Shown piece by piece: positions 57,397 to 64,000 of a stretch of DNA of 64,000 nucleotides. The notes under the pieces were generated by a model. The model searched no databases and was not told the origin of the DNA. It saw only the letters and a list, made by a program, of their open reading frames with translations. The position numbers and the translations under genes were made by a program. How positions within the stretch are numbered: the stretch's first letter is position 1; each line of letters opens with the position of its first letter. Source of the DNA: an uncultured Acidobacteriota bacterium (GTDB lineage Bacteria > Acidobacteriota > Thermoanaerobaculia > Gp7-AA8); assembly GCA_963741955.1 (NCBI GenBank), contig CAVUKB010000007.1:96001-160000 (forward strand), read 5' to 3'.

Positions 57397-58872
57397 TTAC
57401 GCGGCCCCCGCCTTCGCTGCATCGGACGGCAGCCACGACATGTCGAGACCGGCCCGGTTGAACGACGCGATGAGTCCCGCTTTGTCCACCGCTTTCGCGT
57501 ACGCCTCCTCCGGTTCGACGATCTTCTTCCGCACCAGATCCGTGAGGCTCTCGTTCATCAGGCACATCCCGTACTTCTTTCCGGTCTGCATCAGGGATGG
57601 GATCTGGAAGATCTTCGCTTCGCGGATCAGGTTCGAGATGGAAGGGATTCCGATCATGACTTCCAGTGCGGGAACGCGACCTCCCCCCTTCTTCTTGCAG
57701 AGAATCTGGCTGATCACCCCTTTCAGACTCTCCGCGAGCATCACCCGGATCTGATCCTGCCGGTCGGCGGGGAACTGGTCGATGATCCGATCGACCGTCG
57801 ATGCGGCGGACGACGTGTGGAGAGTTCCGAACACGAGGTGTCCGGTCTCGGCGGTCTCGATCGCGATGGCCACCGTTTCGAGATCGCGCATCTCACCGAC
57901 CAGGACGATGTCCGGATCCTCGCGAAGAGCGGCTCGCAGCGCGGTCTTGAACGATCCGGTGTGCTCGCCCACCTGTCGCTGGTTGATCAGGCACTGCTTG
58001 TTGTCGTGCACGAACTCGATCGGATCCTCGATGGTGATGATGTGATCGTTGCGGGTTCTGTTGATGTAGTCGATCAGTGCACAGAGCGTGGTCGACTTTC
58101 CCGATCCGGTCGGACCGGTCAGCAGCACGAGGCCCTTCGGCATCTGGGTGAGAGCGAGGATCTCCTTCGAGAGCCCCATCTCTTCCGCGGTCATGATCCT
58201 GCTCGGGATCACCCGGAAGACTCCTCCCATTCCTTTCCGGTCGAAGAAGAAGTTGCAGCGGAAACGGGCGAGACCGTCGATCTCGTACGCGAAGTCGGTG
58301 TCGTGCTCGGCCTCGAATTGCTCACGGTTCCGCACCGGGGCGATGGGGATCAGAATCCGGCGGGTATCGTCGGCCGAGAGGACACTCGAACCGGGGAGTG
58401 GTTTGATCTCGCCATCGTGCCGCACCAGGGGAGGCGACCCGACGCAGAGGTGGAGGTCCGACGCGCCCATCTCGACCATCTGCCGGAAGAGGGCATCCAT
58501 CTCCGCGGTCGCGGAGCCGCCGCGGGTCGCCGCGACACCCGGAGAAACGGGGGCTGCAGGCTGCGCGGTGGTGGCTTCCCCGATCGTCAGAGACGCCAGA
58601 GGAGCGCCGTCACGGATCTCGAGAACGACGCGAACCGGCCCGAGCTCGTTGTGACGGATCGACCACTCCGCGCGACCGCCGCTCAGCGCTTCACGCGCGG
58701 CGGGCGTGACGACGGGGCCGATCAACTGCTGAATTGTCGCCGGAGTCTGCTCGGGGCCCTGGACCTCCCTCTCGCCATTCGGGGTGACGATGATCAGCTT
58801 CCGGCCGGGGATCAGGCGAAGCTCGCGTCCTCCGGCCTTCGCCGTCTCCCGCAGCAGTATTTCGAGTGACAA
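57397..58872 (-). CDS. pilT: PilT-family type IV pilus retraction ATPase with extra N-terminal domain
   Basis: ASDLHL, GPTGSGKSTT, TIEDPIE, ALREDPD...VGEMRD, AETGHLV.GTLH, NLIRE; TTG start with AGGAGG. Confidence 0.92.
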   Translation of the reverse strand: MSLEILLRETAKAGGRELRLIPGRKLIIVTPNGEREVQGPEQTPATIQQLIGPVVTPAAREALSGGRAEWSIRHNELGPVRVVLEIRDGAPLASLTIGEATTAQPAAPVSPGVAATRGGSATAEMDALFRQMVEMGASDLHLCVGSPPLVRHDGEIKPLPGSSVLSADDTRRILIPIAPVRNREQFEAEHDTDFAYEIDGLARFRCNFFFDRKGMGGVFRVIPSRIMTAEEMGLSKEILALTQMPKGLVLLTGPTGSGKSTTLCALIDYINRTRNDHIITIEDPIEFVHDNKQCLINQRQVGEHTGSFKTALRAALREDPDIVLVGEMRDLETVAIAIETAETGHLVFGTLHTSSAASTVDRIIDQFPADRQDQIRVMLAESLKGVISQILCKKKGGGRVPALEVMIGIPSISNLIREAKIFQIPSLMQTGKKYGMCLMNESLTDLVRKKIVEPEEAYAKAVDKAGLIASFNRAGLDMSWLPSDAAKAGAA

Positions 58873-59349
58873 TCAGTCCTCCTTCGGATCCGAGATCTCG
58901 ATGATTCGTTTCTTTTGCACCAGGTGAAAACGGTCGCCACTCCAGACCGGAAGAAAAGGCTGGTCGGTCCGATTCACGAAATCGAGAGTGCGGCTCTGAC
59001 CGGGAGGCATGTCGATGCTCACCATCCCCTCGACTACCGCCGTCCCGCAGTCGACCCGTACCGGACGGAGGAGCCCGACCTGCTGAGGGAGTTCCAGACC
59101 TGCAGTCGCGGTCGTGGAAAAAGTGACCACGATGATCTGCCGTTTGTTGAGGATCAGCGCGCGCTCCGCCCCATCCGGAAGGAACGGGAAGAAGAGGTGC
59201 CCGTCATTGATCCACTCGTCCGGCCGGGTGGGACCATCGTGCCAGTGGGCGAGGGCCGGGAGGAAGATCGACCCGGAAAGATCTCTTCCCGCCGCATACG
59301 AGATCTGGACTGTCACTTCGACCGTCGGAACGCGGAGAGTCTCGTTCAT
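58873..59349 (-). CDS. Hypothetical protein (DUF6812-like) coupled to pilT
   Basis: Internally duplicated G......R..(D/E)..N....F.P pattern; stop abuts the pilT start. Confidence 0.65.
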   Translation of the reverse strand: MNETLRVPTVEVTVQISYAAGRDLSGSIFLPALAHWHDGPTRPDEWINDGHLFFPFLPDGAERALILNKRQIIVVTFSTTATAGLELPQQVGLLRPVRVDCGTAVVEGMVSIDMPPGQSRTLDFVNRTDQPFLPVWSGDRFHLVQKKRIIEISDPKED

Positions 59350-59543
59350 GGGTTTCCTCCTCGAGAGAGTATCGGCTGCTGCATGTGACGCCGCAATCCT
59401 GCGTCCGGCAGCGCATGTCATCATGTTACGATGAACGGAGTCGCGCGCAACGTCGGAATTCGCCGGGCATCGGCGGTTGTTCGCGGCTGAACAGAAGCGT
59501 CCGTTCGGGTAGAACACGTCATTACGTCGTCAGGGAGGTCTCG

Positions 59544-60335
59544 ATGCAGACACGGCCTGCCGCGGGGGAGAGCATGCCGCGCCACACCGGAGCACCGCAG
59601 AACAGACATTCGAACTTCCTGCCGCTGCGGCTTCGAGCCGCCGTTCTATCCGCCGTCGTCGCCATGCTCGTGTTCCCGTTGATGGGAGCGAGTCTCAGAG
59701 GATCACGCCCGTCACTGAATCGTCAGAACGCAGCGGCGAACCGCAACGACTACTCGTACCTCCAGGACAACGCCGACGTTCTCCGCTTCGTGCGAGCGGG
59801 TCTTCTCGTGCCGGTGCACTCGACTCCGCATCTCGGAATGGCGGGCGTCTCGTATCCGTATGCCCGCCCAGAGGTCCGGCTCTTTCTCCAGCGACTGGCG
59901 ACGCAATACGACAATGCGTGTGGCGAGAAGCTGATCGTGACCAGCCTCACCCGCCCCGCCGACGACCAGCCGCGCAACGCTTCGCCTCTCTCTGTGCATC
60001 CGACCGGCATGGCGGTCGACATCAGGCGCAGCAATCGCCGCCGCTGCCGGAGCTGGATCGAGAGCACCCTTCTCTCGCTCGAGCGGAACGGCCTCCTCGA
60101 GGCGACCCGCGAGCATCACCCGCCGCATTATCACGTGGCCGTCTATCCGCAGCGCTATGCCGACTACGTCGAACGCCGGACGCACACCCTCCCGAGCCGG
60201 AGCTATACGGTCACCAGCGGCGATACGCTGTGGGAGATCGCACGGCGCGTCGGGTCGTCCGTTGCGGATCTGAAGCGTCTCAACGCACTGGATGACAACG
60301 AGATCAGGCCGGGCCAGGTGCTGAAAGTCCGCTGA
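59544..60335 (+). CDS. DUF5715-like peptidase-fold protein with C-terminal LysM
   Basis: VTSLTR, NAS..SVH.TG.AVD, PHYHV; Lys[14 protein letters not shown]...N....I.PGQ.L. Confidence 0.8.
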   Translation: MQTRPAAGESMPRHTGAPQNRHSNFLPLRLRAAVLSAVVAMLVFPLMGASLRGSRPSLNRQNAAANRNDYSYLQDNADVLRFVRAGLLVPVHSTPHLGMAGVSYPYARPEVRLFLQRLATQYDNACGEKLIVTSLTRPADDQPRNASPLSVHPTGMAVDIRRSNRRRCRSWIESTLLSLERNGLLEATREHHPPHYHVAVYPQRYADYVERRTHTLPSRSYTVTSGDTLWEIARRVGSSVADLKRLNALDDNEIRPGQVLKVR

Positions 60336-60440
60336 GCGTTTCACGCCTTTCGCAGGTCCGCCTCCAACTGACGACGGAAGAGCGGATTCGTTTCGCCCTC
60401 GCCGCGTCCGCTGCACCCTCGCCGCCTTCGCTCATCCTCC

Positions 60441-60468
60441 CGCAACCCGCAACCCGCAACCCGCAACG
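60441..60468. repeat. (CGCAACC) heptamer tract
   Basis: Four tandem units; shorter version at ~48475. Confidence 0.8.
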
Positions 60469-60524
60469 TCCCACGCCTTCTTCTTCTGATAGCATGCGCC
60501 TCAAATACACGCTATGGAGGAAGA

Positions 60525-62051
60525 ATGCGACAGCTCACACGCTACTTTCTGCTCGCGGCACTGGCTCTCGGTCTCGCGGGCACGGTGCTGGCGCAGGACC
60601 TCGCCTCGTTCGAGAAACGGATCACGCTGAAAAAGCTCGACAACGGGCTCACCGTCATCATTCTCGACAGGCCCGAGGCGCCTGTCTTTTCGTTTTTCAC
60701 CCACGTGAACGCCGGAGCGGCCCAGGAAAAACTCGGGATCACCGGACTCGCTCACATGGGTGAGCACATGGCATTCAAGGGCTCCGAGAACATCGGAACC
60801 ACTGATTATCCCGCGGAGAAGAAAGCTCTGGCGAGGGTCGAAGAGGCCTACCAGGCATATGACCGCGCGCGGCGTGCGCAGAATCCCGACGCCGCGAAAG
60901 TCGCGCAGCTCGACAAGGAGTGGAAGGCCGCCATCGACGCGGCGCAGAAATACGTCGTTCCGAACGAATTCGCCAAGATCGTCGATCGGGCCGGCGGCGT
61001 CGGAATGAACGCCTTCACCAACTCTGACGAGACCGGGTACTTCTACTCGCTCCCGTCGAATCAGGTCGAGCTCTGGGCCTACCTCGAATCCGAACGCTTC
61101 CTCCATCCGGTGATGCGCGAGTTCTACAAGGAGCGCGACGTCGTCACGGAAGAGCGCCGGATGCGCACGGAGAGTCAGCCCATCGGACGCCTGATCGAGC
61201 AGTTCCTCGGCGTCGCGTTCATCGCCCATCCCTACGGACGACCGGTGGTCGGATTCAGCTCCGATCTTCACGCGTTCTCGGCGACCGATGCGAAGGCTTT
61301 CTTCGACGAGTATTACGTGCCGGCCAACATGGTCGTCGCGCTGGTCGGAGACGTGAAGGCAGCGGACGTGATGCCAGTCATCACGAAGTACTTCGGCCGG
61401 CTCCCGGACAAGGAGGCGCCGGCGCCCCTTCGCACCGTCGAGCCGAAGCAGACTGCCGAGCGCGAAGTGTTTCTCACCGAAAAGACGCAGCCGTTCTACG
61501 TCGAGGGATACCACAAGGGAAGTGCGACCAGCCCTGATGCGGCGGTTTACACCGTGATTCAGGACCTGATGTCGAACGGACGCACCTCGCGCCTCTACCG
61601 CTCGCTGGTTCGCGACAAGAAAATCGCGGCAGTGGCGGCAGGCTTCTCCGGATTCCCCGGAGAGAAGTATCCGAACCTGTTCGCCTTCTTCGCCGTTCCG
61701 ACGCCGGGACATGCGCCCGAGGAGATGGGGAAGGCGATTCACGAAGAGATCGAGCGGTTGAAGACGGAAGACGTTCCGGCCGACGAGTTGCAGGCGGTGA
61801 AGACCCGAGCGAAAGCGAACCTGATCCGGCAGCTCGACAGCAACCAGGGACTCGCGATCCAGCTCGCGACGGCGCAAGCGCTCTACGGCGACTGGCGCGA
61901 GCTGTTCCGCCAGGTCGACCAGATCGACGCAGTGACGGCGCAGGACATCCGCCGCGTGGCGAGCGATGTCTTCGTTCCATCCAACCGGACGGTCGGGGAG
62001 ATCCAGTCGACGCAGATGGCCGGCGCACCGGCGAAGGGAGGCAGTGAATGA
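60525..62051 (+). CDS. M16 (pitrilysin-family) peptidase, zinc-binding subunit
   Basis: Signal peptide; HMGEH (HxxEH), NAFT, ER..V.EERR, HPY. Confidence 0.92.
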   Translation: MRQLTRYFLLAALALGLAGTVLAQDLASFEKRITLKKLDNGLTVIILDRPEAPVFSFFTHVNAGAAQEKLGITGLAHMGEHMAFKGSENIGTTDYPAEKKALARVEEAYQAYDRARRAQNPDAAKVAQLDKEWKAAIDAAQKYVVPNEFAKIVDRAGGVGMNAFTNSDETGYFYSLPSNQVELWAYLESERFLHPVMREFYKERDVVTEERRMRTESQPIGRLIEQFLGVAFIAHPYGRPVVGFSSDLHAFSATDAKAFFDEYYVPANMVVALVGDVKAADVMPVITKYFGRLPDKEAPAPLRTVEPKQTAEREVFLTEKTQPFYVEGYHKGSATSPDAAVYTVIQDLMSNGRTSRLYRSLVRDKKIAAVAAGFSGFPGEKYPNLFAFFAVPTPGHAPEEMGKAIHEEIERLKTEDVPADELQAVKTRAKANLIRQLDSNQGLAIQLATAQALYGDWRELFRQVDQIDAVTAQDIRRVASDVFVPSNRTVGEIQSTQMAGAPAKGGSE

Positions 62052-64000
62052 GATCGCTGAAGAAACTCGTCCTGGCGTGCGCTGCGGCCGTCGCCGCTTT
62101 CGGTACCGTCGCCGTTGCACAGGTCAAGGACTACCACGACATCAAGACCCCACCACTTCATCAGATCAGCATCCAGGAGCCGAAGCGTATCGAGCTCCCG
62201 AACGGCATGATCGTCTTCCTCCAGGAAGATCACGAGCTGCCGCTGATCTCGGGCACCGCCATCGTGCGGGGAGGGTCCCGCGACGTTCCCGCGGATAAGG
62301 CGGGTCTGATCGGGATCTACGGCGAAGTGTGGCGCACCGGCGGCACGGCGACGAAGACCGGCGACCAGCTCGACGACTTCCTCGAAGCACGAGCCGCTAA
62401 GGTGGAGACCGACGGCGACATCGACTCGACGTCGATCTCGTTCGATACTCTCAAAGGCGACTTCGACCCGGTGTTCAGCGTTTTCATGGACCTCCTCCGC
62501 AACCCGGAGTTCCGTCAGGACAAGATCGACCTGGCGAAGAACCAGATCAACACTTCGATCGCGCGTCGTAACGATGACGTCGGTGGAATCGCGGCGCGCG
62601 AAGCGACGAAGCTCGCGTACGGTTCCGCCTCGCCGTATGCGCGTGTTCCCGAATACGACACCGTCGCCGCAGTCACCCGCGACGACCTCGTCGCATGGCA
62701 CAAAGCCTACGTCCACCCCAACGACATCATCCTCGGCGTGGTCGGCGACTTCGACTCGAAGACGATGGAAGCGAAGCTCCGGAAAGCGTTCGCCGACTGG
62801 CAGCGCGGGCCGGAGGTGAAGGCGCCGGACGTGATCATCAAGAGTGCCGCGCCCGGCATCTACTTCATTCCGAAGGAAGACGTCACCCAGAGCACCATCA
62901 AGATCGTCGAACTCGGGACCACCAAGAACAACCCCGACTACTATGCCATCCAGGTGATGAACGAGATCTTCGGTGGAGGATTCTCGGGACGCCTGATGAA
63001 CCACATCCGTACGGAGAAGGGACTGGCGTACAACGTCGGCGGCGGAGTAGGAACTTCGTACGATCATCCCGGCATGTTCCAGATCTCCATGGGGACCAAG
63101 AGCGGATCGACCATCGAGGCCATCAACGCTCTCCACGGCGAGATCGAATCGCTTCAGAAGGGCCCCATCGCGCACTCCGAGGTCGCCACGGCGAAGGAGT
63201 CGATCCTCAACTCGTACATCTTTCTCCTCGATTCGGCGAAGAAGGTTCTTCGCGAGCGGATGACTCTCGAGTTCTACGGCTATCCGCCGGACTTCCTCGA
63301 GCGCTATCGCGCCGGGATCGAAAAGGTCACCCCGGAAGAGGTTCTCAGCGCGGCGAACAAATACATCCGTAACGGGCAGCTCGCGGTACTGGTGGTCGGC
63401 AAGCCGGAAGACTTCGACAAGCCGCTCTCCTCCCTCGGGCCGGTGAAGACCATCGACATCACCATTCCTCCGCCCGGTGGTGCGAAGGCGGAGGCAGTGA
63501 CGACTGACGACGCCGGAATGACGCTTCTGAAGAAGGTGAGCGGATTCATCGCCACGGATGCGAAGCTCGCCTCGATCAAAGCCACCAGCACCGACGCGAA
63601 ACTCACCGTCAAGACGCCGCAGGGTGAGATGCCGATCGAACAGCAGCAGCTCGTCGTCTATCCCGATACCATCCGGAAGATGCTCCAGACCCCGATGGGT
63701 GCCATGACCATGGTGTCCTCGCCCGCCGAAGCGTTCATGGTCACTCCGATGGGTGTGCGTGATCTGCCCGGCTCGCAGAAGGATGCGCTCCAGAAGGAGA
63801 TCCGGAGCGACATGCTCTACATCCTCAAGAACGCCGGGCAGCCGGGATTCAGCTTCTCCGCGAACGGAACCGAGAAGATCGGTGACGTCGAAGCTCAGGT
63901 GCTGAAGATCGACGCGGGTGGCAACTCCATCACCTGGTACATCGACCCGAAGAGCGGAGCCATCCTCCGCGAGGAGACGATGGGGCAGGGAATGGGCGGC
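62048..64000 (+). CDS. M16 peptidase partner subunit with C-terminal extension; runs off the window
   Basis: ATGA overlap; MRSLKKLVLAC... signal, ELPNGM.VFL.EDHELP, no HxxEH, IRTEKGLAY motif; frame open to 64000. Confidence 0.88.
   Translation, partial: MRSLKKLVLACAAAVAAFGTVAVAQVKDYHDIKTPPLHQISIQEPKRIELPNGMIVFLQEDHELPLISGTAIVRGGSRDVPADKAGLIGIYGEVWRTGGTATKTGDQLDDFLEARAAKVETDGDIDSTSISFDTLKGDFDPVFSVFMDLLRNPEFRQDKIDLAKNQINTSIARRNDDVGGIAAREATKLAYGSASPYARVPEYDTVAAVTRDDLVAWHKAYVHPNDIILGVVGDFDSKTMEAKLRKAFADWQRGPEVKAPDVIIKSAAPGIYFIPKEDVTQSTIKIVELGTTKNNPDYYAIQVMNEIFGGGFSGRLMNHIRTEKGLAYNVGGGVGTSYDHPGMFQISMGTKSGSTIEAINALHGEIESLQKGPIAHSEVATAKESILNSYIFLLDSAKKVLRERMTLEFYGYPPDFLERYRAGIEKVTPEEVLSAANKYIRNGQLAVLVVGKPEDFDKPLSSLGPVKTIDITIPPPGGAKAEAVTTDDAGMTLLKKVSGFIATDAKLASIKATSTDAKLTVKTPQGEMPIEQQQLVVYPDTIRKMLQTPMGAMTMVSSPAEAFMVTPMGVRDLPGSQKDALQKEIRSDMLYILKNAGQPGFSFSANGTEKIGDVEAQVLKIDAGGNSITWYIDPKSGAILREETMGQGMGG

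Overview
GC-rich bacterial chromosomal window with no rRNA, tRNA, CRISPR array, transposase or phage genes that I can see. Gene content is compatible with an Acidobacteriota-like heterotroph, but that is inference only. It carries about 55 CDS and many peptidases (two M1, M4, an M16 pair, M20, M48, C39, zincin-like). It also encodes a complete 4-hydroxyproline catabolic operon, a MacAB-type ABC exporter, a sugar ABC importer, arsM, terC, ahcY, mscL, pntAB, arfB and pilT. Main observations: (1) a hidden PrdB/GrdB-like selenoprotein (51416-52183) split by an in-frame TGA in a UxxC motif, with a SECIS-like hairpin, coupled to arfB and upstream of pntAB; (2) several families of TA-flanked miniature inverted-repeat elements, including one nested inside another with the empty site present in the window; (3) an AT-rich inverted heptamer array that could pair one gene's stop codon with the next gene's Shine-Dalgarno (SD); (4) a PA2779/PA2778-like substrate-peptidase pair with a sigma54-type promoter; (5) a signal-peptide-bearing rubrerythrin behind a densely structured ~270-nt candidate RNA; (6) recurrent leaderless-type promoters. 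All calls are from reading the sequence; no searches were run.
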